From Myxococcota bacterium (GTDB lineage: Bacteria > Myxococcota > UBA4151): a stretch of 18,934 bases of DNA. The translations under genes were made by a program, and so were the position numbers. Of this stretch, positions 1 to 9,283 are shown piece by piece. Numbering within the stretch: position 1 is the first letter of the stretch; the number at the start of each line of letters is the position of its first letter. Location: positions 1 through 18,934 of the forward strand of contig JAYZBQ010000024.1 of NCBI GenBank assembly GCA_036338695.1, read 5' to 3'. The notes under the pieces were generated by a model. That model did not search any database. It was not told the origin of the DNA and worked only from the letters and a program-made list of their open reading frames with translations.

Positions 1-1
1 G

Positions 2-286
2 GATTGGCTTGGTCTGACGCGACCGATCAATGTGGAACCTCTGCCAGGCATTGCGCCGACACCCAGGCACGTCGCCCGTGTGCTGCACACGATGAAGACC
101 CAAAAAATAAGGAACATCCTACAGGAGCGCCACTACCCCACACGTACGAGCGACACGCTGGCACGTCTTGCCAAGGCGCAGGTCGTCGTGATCCCTGGCG
201 GCGCTAACTTTGCTGACCAGAATGAGACGTACACCGCTCGAATCAAGCGAACGGCGGAGGTGATTTATGATGCGCTCAATCGCTAG
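2..286 (+). CDS. Metal (Zn/Mn) ABC transporter substrate-binding protein, ZnuA/TroA family, C-terminal part (5' truncated by window edge)
   Basis: Frame is open from base 2 (DWLGLTRPINVEPLPGIAPTPRHVARVLHTMK...). EPxPGIxPTPxH resembles the EPKPGIPPSPxHL segment of cluster A-I binding proteins. Lies upstream of a ZnuC/ZnuB-like pair. Stop TAG 284-286. Confidence 0.8.
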   Translation, partial: DWLGLTRPINVEPLPGIAPTPRHVARVLHTMKTQKIRNILQERHYPTRTSDTLARLAKAQVVVIPGGANFADQNETYTARIKRTAEVIYDALNR

Positions 287-1091
287 ATCTCTTGGCTTTG
301 GAGGCGCCCTCTTCTGCATCGCAGGATGCCTGGGCGACGGCTTACCTTGGGGTGAGCTCAACGCGTCTGTCACGGCAAGCTTCGCTCCGTCACCCGGACG
401 ATTGGACGCTCAAGGGCGGCTCAAAACCGCGGGGAACTACGTGGTCGCGCTCGAGGACGTGGCGGTAGGTTTCGACGCCTTATCCGTCGTCTTGGCTGCG
501 CAAGGCGCCGCCGGTTTTGACCCCGCTAATCCGCCCGAGGGCTATTCATTATGCCATAACGGACACTGCCACTCCGACAGCGGCGCGCTCGTCGACTACG
601 AAGACATTGCGCTCGAGATGGCAGGTGGTTCAGGCGGTGCGCGCGTCGTCGTCGGTTTGGATACCCAGCCGCAAACTTTATCCGCAGTCGCGAGCCCAGT
701 GGCGCCGACGCCCTGCGAGCCCAGCCCGTGCGAGGTACCCCTCGGCGAGCTCGCCGGTATCGAGCTCAACATCAGCTCAGTGCGCCTGCGCGGGACCGTC
801 TTTGATACGTTGCTAGGCGATGCACGCCGACTCCCTGAAGAAGGCTATGCGGTCGACCTGGATCTCCCCCTCACGACCGCGCTGACAGCTGAGATCCAAG
901 GCAGTATCGGCCCGGGGGCGCCGGTGGGACTCAACCTAGCGGTCGACTTCCAGCTCCCGGCTGCGCTACTCGATGACATCGATTTTGGCGTCGCCCCACC
1001 AGCCGACGAGGGTGCATGGAAGCAGGCGCTCAACGAAGCGCTCGTCGACCACGCTACGCTCAACACAACCATCAACCGTTCGAACGACTGA
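267..1091 (+). CDS. Hypothetical lipoprotein with Cys/His motif (GYSLCHNGHCHSD), probable metal-binding accessory protein
   Basis: 274 aa. Basic N-terminus, hydrophobic stretch and IAG|C lipobox. CHNGHCH at nt 552-572. Start overlaps the end of the binding-protein gene, implying an operon. Confidence 0.7.
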   Translation: MMRSIARSLGFGGALFCIAGCLGDGLPWGELNASVTASFAPSPGRLDAQGRLKTAGNYVVALEDVAVGFDALSVVLAAQGAAGFDPANPPEGYSLCHNGHCHSDSGALVDYEDIALEMAGGSGGARVVVGLDTQPQTLSAVASPVAPTPCEPSPCEVPLGELAGIELNISSVRLRGTVFDTLLGDARRLPEEGYAVDLDLPLTTALTAEIQGSIGPGAPVGLNLAVDFQLPAALLDDIDFGVAPPADEGAWKQALNEALVDHATLNTTINRSND

Positions 1092-1130
1092 TTTCAGTCA
1101 AAACAACATCTCATAACAAGGAGTTAACCG

Positions 1131-1631
1131 ATGAGATTTCAAGCCCTGCTAGGTACCCTAGTTCTCTTTACTGCGACCGCTTTGTCGGGTTGTGGCGATC
1201 ACGAAGAGCATCACAGCCCCGCCGAGGAAGCCTGTGAGCACACCAAAGAAGGTCCTTTCCAAGACGTCACGGCGACGGCTGCAGCCGACGGCGCGCCCTC
1301 GGCGACGTTTGAGCACACCGCCGTGCGGATCACGCTCGTCGCTGACGCTGATGACAACACGCAGAACGTTGGCTATGTGACCTATCAAGCAGACGAAGCC
1401 GCCGAGTTCGCGTTCTTCCTCTCGGTGGATATCCCGATGGAGATCACGGATGCAAACGGCGCTGCGGTTGAGATCGAAGAAAGCGCCGACGTCGCTGAAT
1501 GCGGCGAAGTCGCCAAGCAACACAACGCGGACCTGGAAGTCGGCACCTACACGCTGAAGATCGGTCCGACCACGGAGACGACCGTCAGCCTGGTGGTGGA
1601 AGAGGCAAGTCACGAAGGTGAAGACCACTGA
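1131..1631 (+). CDS. Hypothetical His-rich acidic lipoprotein, probable metal-binding accessory protein
   Basis: 166 aa. AAGGAG RBS at 1118-1123. Signal peptide with LSG|C lipobox, followed by GDHEEHHSPAEEACEH. C-terminus SHEGEDH. Confidence 0.8.
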   Translation: MRFQALLGTLVLFTATALSGCGDHEEHHSPAEEACEHTKEGPFQDVTATAAADGAPSATFEHTAVRITLVADADDNTQNVGYVTYQADEAAEFAFFLSVDIPMEITDANGAAVEIEESADVAECGEVAKQHNADLEVGTYTLKIGPTTETTVSLVVEEASHEGEDH

Positions 1632-2361
1632 GTCGAACGCTGAGCTGACCCCGCGGCTGGTCTGCAGTGACCTGCAGATTGGCCGTGCGGGTCAGCCGCT
1701 TTTGCCCCCGGTCAATTTGGCTGTTCATCCCGGTGAAGTCTGGGTCCTGGTCGGTCGAAATGGCTCGGGAAAAAGCACGCTCCTGCACACACTTCTCGGG
1801 AGCCTGAAACCGGTCGGCGGAAACTACACCCTTCAGCGTGGTTGCCGGCTCGGTCACGTACCACAGCGCGAGAGCCACGACCTCTGCGTACCGGCGCGTG
1901 GCGTCGATATGGTAGAGTCTGGTGCCGATCGATCTTGGGGTTTTTGGCGCTGGGGGGGTCGCGCCGATAAGGTCGACGCAGCGCTCACAGCGGTCGGAGC
2001 CCATGACGTTGCGCGTGAGCCCTTTAGTCATCTCAGCGAAGGGCAGAAGCAGCGTATCTTGATGGCGCGGGCGCTGGTAAGTGACCCGGACGTGCTCGTG
2101 CTTGATGAGCCGACCAGCGCCATGGATCCGCTCGCCGAGCAAACCATCTATGAGCTGATCAGCCAGCTTCAGACCGAGCGCTCGCTCGCTGTCATCATTG
2201 CGAGCCACTCGCTGGCGGTGCTTCCTGCGATCGCCACCCATATCGTGTACCTCGACCGTGACGATCAGATAGTGCTGTCAGGCGCTCGTGAATACGTGCT
2301 GAGCAGCGCACCCTTTCGGGCTCGCTATGGCGAGATCCTACCCCACTCGGCGGATGCGTGA
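1618..2361 (+). CDS. Metal ABC transporter ATP-binding protein (ZnuC-like)
   Basis: Walker A GRNGSGKST, Q-loop HVPQ, signature LSEGQKQR, Walker B/D-loop VLVLDEPTSAMD, H-loop ASH. GTG start overlaps the upstream gene, so the exact start is uncertain. Confidence 0.92.
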   Translation: MKTTESNAELTPRLVCSDLQIGRAGQPLLPPVNLAVHPGEVWVLVGRNGSGKSTLLHTLLGSLKPVGGNYTLQRGCRLGHVPQRESHDLCVPARGVDMVESGADRSWGFWRWGGRADKVDAALTAVGAHDVAREPFSHLSEGQKQRILMARALVSDPDVLVLDEPTSAMDPLAEQTIYELISQLQTERSLAVIIASHSLAVLPAIATHIVYLDRDDQIVLSGAREYVLSSAPFRARYGEILPHSADA

Positions 2362-3200
2362 TGGACGCAGCGCCCACACTGGCTGAGTTCGTTGCTGCGT
2401 GGGATCTGTTTCGTGCGCCGGCGCTGACAGGCGCCCTGGCGGGCATGATGCTGGGCTGTCTTGGTGTCTACGTCGTGCTGCGCCGGATGGTCTTTCTAGC
2501 GGCGACGGTCTCACAAGCAGCCTCCTTCGGCGTCGCGCTCGCCTACCTGGCGGGTCTAAGTGCGCTCGGCACGCTGGCGCCCACGCTCGGCGCGCTCGTC
2601 CTCACTTTTATCACCCTCTATGTGATCGCCTCCGATACCAGCCACGAGCAGCATCGCCGGGATGCGCTGTTGGGCTTTATGTTTCTCGCAAGTGCGGCGG
2701 GAACGCTGGTCGTCGGCACCCGCATCGTCGAGGAGATTCAAGACATTGAGAGCGTCCTTTTTGGTACGGCGGTCGCGGTCCTACCCAACGACTTTCGGCT
2801 GATGATCGGGCTCGCATGCTCGATCATCGCCATCCAGCTGTGGGGATGGCGCGGGTTCAGCGCGGTCTCATTTGACCGCGTCGGTGCGCGGGTCAGACAG
2901 CTCCCGGTCAAAGGGCTGGAGCTCACGCTGTTTGTCTGCCTCGGCGTGGCGCTGGCGGTGTCGACCCGAGTGCTCGGTGCGCTCCCAACCTTTGCGTTCA
3001 CGGTGTTGCCGGCGCTCGCTGCGATCAACGTGGCGCCCAATCTGCGCTGGAGCCTGCTCGTCGCCGCGCTCCTCGGCTCGATCAGCGGTTTTGGCGGTTA
3101 CCTCTTCGCCTTCCTCTTTGAGTTTCCTGTGGGCGCCACGCAGACACTCCTTGCGGCGTCGCTGACCAGCGTGTCGTACCTGTTCGCCCACCGCCACTGA
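2358..3200 (+). CDS. Metal ABC transporter permease (ZnuB/ABC-3 family)
   Basis: Multi-pass hydrophobic protein with GCLGVYVVLRRM, ESVLFG and FDRVGARV segments typical of ABC-3 permeases. GTG 2358 / ATG 2361 overlap the ATPase TGA (translational coupling). Confidence 0.9.
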   Translation: MMDAAPTLAEFVAAWDLFRAPALTGALAGMMLGCLGVYVVLRRMVFLAATVSQAASFGVALAYLAGLSALGTLAPTLGALVLTFITLYVIASDTSHEQHRRDALLGFMFLASAAGTLVVGTRIVEEIQDIESVLFGTAVAVLPNDFRLMIGLACSIIAIQLWGWRGFSAVSFDRVGARVRQLPVKGLELTLFVCLGVALAVSTRVLGALPTFAFTVLPALAAINVAPNLRWSLLVAALLGSISGFGGYLFAFLFEFPVGATQTLLAASLTSVSYLFAHRH

Positions 3201-3240
3201 CCGAGCGGCTCGGCAGCGACGCGCTTAGGTGGCTCACCGC

Positions 3241-4251
<1,011 letters not shown>

Positions 4252-4415
4252 CTTCTCCGCTCCATCCGCTTTACGCCGCGTGGCAGACGACCACGCACAC
4301 TCGCTCTAACCCATTCTGTTGCACCCTGCACGGCCTCGCCAGCTCTCGGCGCCGAGGGTACTCGCCGGCGCGCTCGAAAACCGTTAGGAGCAGCCATCCG
4401 AGCGGGAGCACCCCT

Positions 4416-5039
4416 TTGAGCAAGCCTACCCCCCCACACATCGCTCGCGCCCTGTCGGCGTTGGCTGCTCAAGACGAGCGGCTTGCGGCGTTAATCGAAG
4501 AGCACGGGGCCTTCACCCCCCGCCGCGCCGACCCACCCGATGCCTTTGCGGCGCTCGCGCGGGCGATCATCTTCCAACAGCTCGCCGGAAAGGCTGCGGC
4601 GTCGATTCACCGACGCTTCTGCGCGCTGGTCGACGGTCAGGTCAGGCCTGCTCGAGTCGGACAACTTTCACCTGATCAGCTGCGCAGCGCGGGGCTGTCT
4701 GCGAGCAAGGCGCGCGCCGTAGCGGAGTTGGTCCAGTGTGCGCAGGGCGGTGCGCTCGAGCTCTCCACGCTCGATACACTCGGCGATGAGGCGCTCACCA
4801 AGCACTTGTGCCAAGTGCGCGGCGTGGGGCCGTGGACTGCGCAGATGTTCATGCTCTTTGAGCTGGGTCGGCTGGACGTTTGGCCTACAGGCGACCTCGC
4901 TGTACGGCGCGGGTTTTCTTCCATCTACGGGCTCGAGCCAGCCGTCACCGCTCGCCAACTCGAGCCGCTCGGTGACCCGTTTCGCCCCTACCGCTCGATC
5001 GTCGCATGGTATTGCTGGCGTGTCATGGACACACCCTGA
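4416..5039 (+). CDS. DNA-3-methyladenine glycosylase II family protein (AlkA-like, HhH-GPD)
   Basis: AIIFQQL, helix-hairpin-helix VRGVGPWTAQMF, WPTGDLAVRRG with catalytic Asp, PYRS. TTG start with GGGAG upstream. Confidence 0.9.
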   Translation: MSKPTPPHIARALSALAAQDERLAALIEEHGAFTPRRADPPDAFAALARAIIFQQLAGKAAASIHRRFCALVDGQVRPARVGQLSPDQLRSAGLSASKARAVAELVQCAQGGALELSTLDTLGDEALTKHLCQVRGVGPWTAQMFMLFELGRLDVWPTGDLAVRRGFSSIYGLEPAVTARQLEPLGDPFRPYRSIVAWYCWRVMDTP

Positions 5040-5048
5040 CCACCCCGA

Positions 5049-5609
5049 TCATCGCAGCGCCTGGCGCCGCTGCCAGACCGAGCGCCGCAGCCGCCAGAGC
5101 TCTTGCTCGGTCAGCTTGGGGTCGACGTAGCGCCCCGGACCAACGCCTAAAAACTCCGCGCCGGTCTTCTCTTTGACGCGCCGCGACCCAAGGTTTCCGG
5201 CGGCGTTTGCGAAGATTAACTCCTCAAACCCGAGCGCTTCGAAAGCGTGGGCGTTCACAGCCTCGCACGCTTCCGTCATGAGCCCTTGTCCCCAAAACCT
5301 GCGCCCCAGCCAAAACCCGCGATGCTCTGGCTGACCGTCCCGCCATAAGTCGATAGCACCGATGCAGGCTTCAGGCGCCGCCTTACTCCGGAGCGCCCAC
5401 ACCCACCGGTCCTGCCCTTGGACGGGGATGACCACCTCGCTCAAAAAGGACTCAACGCCGCCTGGTGGGTACGGCCACGGGACGTCTGCTGAGAGGTAAC
5501 GAATGACCTCATAGTCAACGAAGTGCTCGGCGTAGCCCGCAGCGTCATCCAAGCTGATGGGCACCAGCAGTAAGCGCGCTGTCTCCAAGGTGGGGACCGG
5601 ATTCACCAT
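5049..5609 (-). CDS. GNAT N-acetyltransferase, RimJ/RimL type
   Basis: PTLETARLLL, GFWLGRRFWGQGLMTEA (acetyl-CoA motif A), NLGSRRVKEKTG. ATG 5609 chosen over the track's 5621 because GGAG precedes it. Confidence 0.88.
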   Translation of the reverse strand: MVNPVPTLETARLLLVPISLDDAAGYAEHFVDYEVIRYLSADVPWPYPPGGVESFLSEVVIPVQGQDRWVWALRSKAAPEACIGAIDLWRDGQPEHRGFWLGRRFWGQGLMTEACEAVNAHAFEALGFEELIFANAAGNLGSRRVKEKTGAEFLGVGPGRYVDPKLTEQELWRLRRSVWQRRQALR

Positions 5610-5669
5610 CGCTCGCTCCAAAGCGCTTACCCCCTTATCGGCAGCCCGCCCCCCTGAGTTGCCGGCTGA

Positions 5670-6581
5670 TCAGGCGGGGACATCCCGCCCGAGTGACTCG
5701 ACGGCGTGCTCGATGAAGCTCTGCACTCGAGGCGAGAGGTGCCGGCTCTCCGGCCACACCATGCTCACCGAGCCAACCTGCTGAGACCACTCCGGCAGCA
5801 CGCGCACCAGCGCGCCGGCGCGCACGTACCGCTCGACCTCAATGCTCGAGACCAAGGCAATGCCTGCGCCGCTCAGGGCAAACTGAGTCTGGGCTGCGGT
5901 GTCATCGACGACCCAGCGTGGATCCTCAAAAGGAGGCCGCTCGTGCGAACGCCCGGACCGATGGTGCCACTCGATGACTCGGCGATCGACGATGGCATGA
6001 GCGACCAGTCGGTGCCCCGCCAGGTCGTCCAGCTGAGCGGGAGCTCCGCACTCGACCAGATACTGGGGGCTGGCATAGAGTCCACGCTCAAAGCGCATCA
6101 GCCGGCGCGCCCGCAAGCTTGGGTCGCCCGACAGCGGCCCGATGTGGAGCCGAAGCGCCACATCAAAGCCGTCCTCTACCAACGAGATGAGCCGGTTCGA
6201 GACCTCAAGCTCGACACGAGTCTGCGGGAACCTGAGCGCGTAGTCGCGCAGACACCGCACAAGCCGCTCGCTTTGACCAAAACTGGGCGTCGTCGTGACC
6301 CGCAGCACGCCGCTGGGTTCATCGTCCGGTGCAGAGAACCCTTCGATCGTCATCTCGAGCCGATCCAGCAAGGGCTTGGTGCGATGGAGCAAGTCCAAGC
6401 CGGCTTCAGACAACTTGATCGAGCGCGCGGTGCGACGAAAGAGCTCGACCCCGAGCTCGTCCTCCAGGCGCTGAATACGGCGACTGATCGTGGATTTCGG
6501 GACATCGAGACGCCGAGCCGCCTCCGTCATCGTCCCGTGCGTCGCCACGACCGTGAAGGTGGTGAGATCAGGGATGTTCAT
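5670..6581 (-). CDS. LysR-family transcriptional regulator (CrgA/DmlR-like)
   Basis: N-terminal HTH (GTMTEAARRLDVPKSTISRRIQRLEDELGVELFRRTARSIKLSEAG), SLVEDGFDVALR, C-terminal SPRVQSFIE. ATG 6581 has GGAG upstream. Divergent from the YceI operon. Confidence 0.95.
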   Translation of the reverse strand: MNIPDLTTFTVVATHGTMTEAARRLDVPKSTISRRIQRLEDELGVELFRRTARSIKLSEAGLDLLHRTKPLLDRLEMTIEGFSAPDDEPSGVLRVTTTPSFGQSERLVRCLRDYALRFPQTRVELEVSNRLISLVEDGFDVALRLHIGPLSGDPSLRARRLMRFERGLYASPQYLVECGAPAQLDDLAGHRLVAHAIVDRRVIEWHHRSGRSHERPPFEDPRWVVDDTAAQTQFALSGAGIALVSSIEVERYVRAGALVRVLPEWSQQVGSVSMVWPESRHLSPRVQSFIEHAVESLGRDVPA

Positions 6582-6598
6582 TGCAGGCAGCTCCAATC

Positions 6599-6654
6599 GT
6601 CTCAAAAACGCAACTCAAGCGTCCAAATTTAGCTCGTTGTACAGCTAACGCAAC
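6599..6654. promoter_or_regulatory. Putative LysR binding sites in the divergent promoter
   Basis: Two T-N11-A boxes (T6600/A6612 and T6640/A6652). They share the 8-mer AACGCAAC (6607-6614, 6647-6654) exactly 40 bp apart. The second lies in the dyad GTTG-N11-CAAC (6636-6654). Confidence 0.55.
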
Positions 6655-6689
6655 CTGATACCTTTCGACTATCAACTAGGAGACACCCC

Positions 6690-7235
6690 ATGAATCGAGC
6701 ACGTATCACCCTTCTCATGATCGCCGGGTTGGCGGCACCCGCTCAAGCCGCCGAGATCGACACGGCGCAGTCGTCGATTACTTGGACCGGCAGCAAGGTG
6801 ACCGGCGATAGCCACACAGGCGTCGTCCCGGTCAAGTCTTCCAAGCTCAAGGTGAAGGGCGGTCAAGTGGTGGGCGGCGGCGTGGTCATGGACATGGCCA
6901 AGTTTACGGTCACCGACCTCAAGGGCAAGTGGGCGGATAAGTTCATCGGGCACATGCACAGCAAGGACTTCTTTAACACCAAGCAGTTCCCGACGGCGTC
7001 CCTCACGATCAAATCCATCACGAACGGGACGCTCCAGGGCACGCTCACCATCATGGGCACCGCCCAACCGATCAGCTTTCCTGTCAAACGCGACGGCGCC
7101 TTCTACGTGGGTAAAGCGAGCTTTGACCGCACCAAGTATGGCATCAAGTACGGCTCGGGGTCTTTCTTCAAGGGGCTCGGGAACCGGATGATCAACGATC
7201 AAGTCGACGTCGCCTTCCGAATCGCCGTCAAGTAG
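6690..7235 (+). CDS. YceI-family periplasmic lipid/polyisoprenoid-binding protein
   Basis: Signal peptide (AQA|A), IDTAQSSITWTGSK, HMHSKDFFNTKQFPTA, GTLTIMG, FDRTKYGIKYGS. AGGAG RBS. Confidence 0.93.
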   Translation: MNRARITLLMIAGLAAPAQAAEIDTAQSSITWTGSKVTGDSHTGVVPVKSSKLKVKGGQVVGGGVVMDMAKFTVTDLKGKWADKFIGHMHSKDFFNTKQFPTASLTIKSITNGTLQGTLTIMGTAQPISFPVKRDGAFYVGKASFDRTKYGIKYGSGSFFKGLGNRMINDQVDVAFRIAVK

Positions 7236-7241
7236 CGGCCG

Positions 7242-7958
7242 ATGACCACTGCGACGGGGCGATCACCTCAGCGCAGCGTGCGTCGCTCCGCCGATCGTGG
7301 GCGGGGCGAGCACGGCTGGCTGTCCTCTCGCCACAGCTTCAGCTTCGCGAACTATTACGACCCCGACCACATGGGGTTTGGTCACCTTCGGGTGATCAAC
7401 GAAGATCATGTGCGACCAGGTGCCGGGTTTGGTCGACACGGACACCGTGACATGGAGATCATCACGTTTGTGGTGACCGGTGAGCTCGCTCACCAAGACA
7501 GCACCGGCGAGCGCGGGACCCTGCGCTATGGTGACATCCAGGTTATGAGCGCCGGGCGCGGCATCGAGCACAGCGAGTTCAACGCCAGCGCAGAAGAGCC
7601 CGTTCAGTTCATCCAGATCTGGGTCGAGCCCGCCCAGCGGGGCGGCGAACCGAGCTACCAGCAGCGGTTCATCGAGCCGTCCAACGGGCTCTCATTGCTG
7701 GTCAGCCCCGACGGCGCCGACGGCAGCCTGACCATTCGCCAGGACGCCAGCATCTACCGCGGCGTCCTCGACGCCGAGCAGGCGCTCACCGTCGACCTGC
7801 TGCGCCCGAGGACCTACCTGCACCTGGTCCGCGGCGAGCTGAGCGCGCTGGACGTTGCCCTCAAAGCCGGCGATGCTTTAGCGCTGACGCACCACCCCCA
7901 CCTTAAGCTATTCGCCACCGAACCCGCCGAGTTTCTCCTCTTCGACCTCGCTGAATAA
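7242..7958 (+). CDS. Pirin-family protein (YhhW-like bicupin)
   Basis: HGWLSSRHSFSFANYYDP, LRVINED, GFGRHGHRDMEIIT, MSAGRGIEHSE. The three His and one Glu iron ligands are present. Confidence 0.95.
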   Translation: MTTATGRSPQRSVRRSADRGRGEHGWLSSRHSFSFANYYDPDHMGFGHLRVINEDHVRPGAGFGRHGHRDMEIITFVVTGELAHQDSTGERGTLRYGDIQVMSAGRGIEHSEFNASAEEPVQFIQIWVEPAQRGGEPSYQQRFIEPSNGLSLLVSPDGADGSLTIRQDASIYRGVLDAEQALTVDLLRPRTYLHLVRGELSALDVALKAGDALALTHHPHLKLFATEPAEFLLFDLAE

Positions 7959-7967
7959 GGATCCCCG

Positions 7968-8507
7968 ATGACCACACAACGCACCCTCCTCGCCTTCGCC
8001 GGCTCCTTTCGCTCTGGGAGCCTGTCGCACGCGCTGCTCAAGGGGTACGACGGCGCGCTGCCGCCGACATGGACCCTCAAGCTGTGCGATTACCGCAACG
8101 TCCCCTTGTACAATGGCGACATCGACGGTGGACCCGCCGTGGAGGCGGTCAAAACGGCGATCACGGAGGCGGACGCGCTGGTGTTTAGCGCGCCGGAATA
8201 CAACTACTCGATCCCCGGCGTGCTCAAAAACATGATCGATTGGGCGAGTCGCCCGGCTTACAAATCGCCGCTCGCAGGGCATCGAGCCGGGCTGATGACG
8301 CTCTCAGGCGGTGTCTCGGGCGGTGCGCGTGCTCAGCAGCACCTCAAAACGATCCTCTTGGGTACCGCGACGGCCATCTACACCGCCCCCGAGATGCTGA
8401 TCCCGAACGCAGCCAGCGCCTTCGAGGGGGGCGTGCTCACGGACGAGAAGGTGCGCGCCCAGGTCGAGCGCTACCTGTGCGGGCTGTGCGAGTGGGCTGA
8501 GCGCTAA
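7968..8507 (+). CDS. NAD(P)H-dependent FMN reductase (ChrR/YieF-like)
   Basis: GSFRSGSLS FMN-phosphate loop, PEYNYSIPGVLKNMIDWASR, SGGARAQQHL. Confidence 0.93.
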   Translation: MTTQRTLLAFAGSFRSGSLSHALLKGYDGALPPTWTLKLCDYRNVPLYNGDIDGGPAVEAVKTAITEADALVFSAPEYNYSIPGVLKNMIDWASRPAYKSPLAGHRAGLMTLSGGVSGGARAQQHLKTILLGTATAIYTAPEMLIPNAASAFEGGVLTDEKVRAQVERYLCGLCEWAER

Positions 8508-8510
8508 GAC

Positions 8511-8538
8511 CGGCGCCGGCTTGGGCGACGAGCCGCCG
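8511..8538. terminator. GC-rich hairpin between convergent genes, possible bidirectional terminator
   Basis: CGGCTTG-ggcga-CGAGCCG stem (one G-U pair), extendable by CGG/CCG, in the 33-bp gap between the FMN reductase and pdxH stops. No U-tract. Confidence 0.3.
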
Positions 8539-8540
8539 AC

Positions 8541-9143
8541 TTAGGGCTGCAGCCGCCACTGCATCCAACCTGCCTCAACCGGCTTGAGGATCCACCGGTC
8601 GTGAATACGGCCTGGCCGGTCTTGCCAAAACTCCCAAGCGCTCGCCTCGAGGTGAAACCCTGACCAATGCGGCGGGCGAGGCACCACGCCCTCAAAACGA
8701 GCCGAGGCGTCCTCGACAGCAGCCTCGAGCGCCTGCCGCGACGCGACCGGGCGGCTCTGGTCCGAAGCCCACGCGCCAAGGTTCGAGAGCCGGCTCCGGC
8801 TGGCGAAGTAGGCGTCAGCCTCCGCGTCCGAGAGGCGCTCTACGACCCCCTCGACGCGCACTTGGCGCTTGAGGATCGACCAGTAGAACGCCACCGAGAC
8901 ACGCCGGTCGCGTGCCAGCTCGTGACCTTTATCCGACTCAAGGTTTGTAAAGAAGCGCAGACCGGTTGGGCTGACCCCCTTGCACAGGACAAAGCGCGTC
9001 CGGGGTGCGCCGTCCAAGCCTAAGGTGGAGAGCGCCATGGCGGTGTGGTTATGCTCACCGGAAGCCTGAGCCTCCTCCAGCCATCGCTCGAGCCAGCTCG
9101 AGGGGTGTTCAGCAGCCAACTCAGCAAACTCAGGGATCGACAT
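8541..9143 (-). CDS. pdxH: Pyridoxine/pyridoxamine 5'-phosphate oxidase
   Basis: AMALST, RFVLCKG, FFTNLESDKG, RQVRVEG, YFASR, GAWASDQS, PRPPHWSGF, EFWQDRPGRIHDR, C-terminal RLQP. ATG 9143 preferred (GGAG upstream); alternative 9188. Confidence 0.95.
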   Translation of the reverse strand: MSIPEFAELAAEHPSSWLERWLEEAQASGEHNHTAMALSTLGLDGAPRTRFVLCKGVSPTGLRFFTNLESDKGHELARDRRVSVAFYWSILKRQVRVEGVVERLSDAEADAYFASRSRLSNLGAWASDQSRPVASRQALEAAVEDASARFEGVVPRPPHWSGFHLEASAWEFWQDRPGRIHDRWILKPVEAGWMQWRLQP

Positions 9144-9283
9144 GGGTTTTACGCTCCAGAGCCTCAGCGTCTCGACGCCGCCATCCATTCCGACCGAAGC
9201 CTGGCTCGTGTCAACCGCAAGGAATGGTGACCGTCAGCGCCCTTCCCCTTGTCACGCGTGAATCGACCGACTAGACGCGGCGC

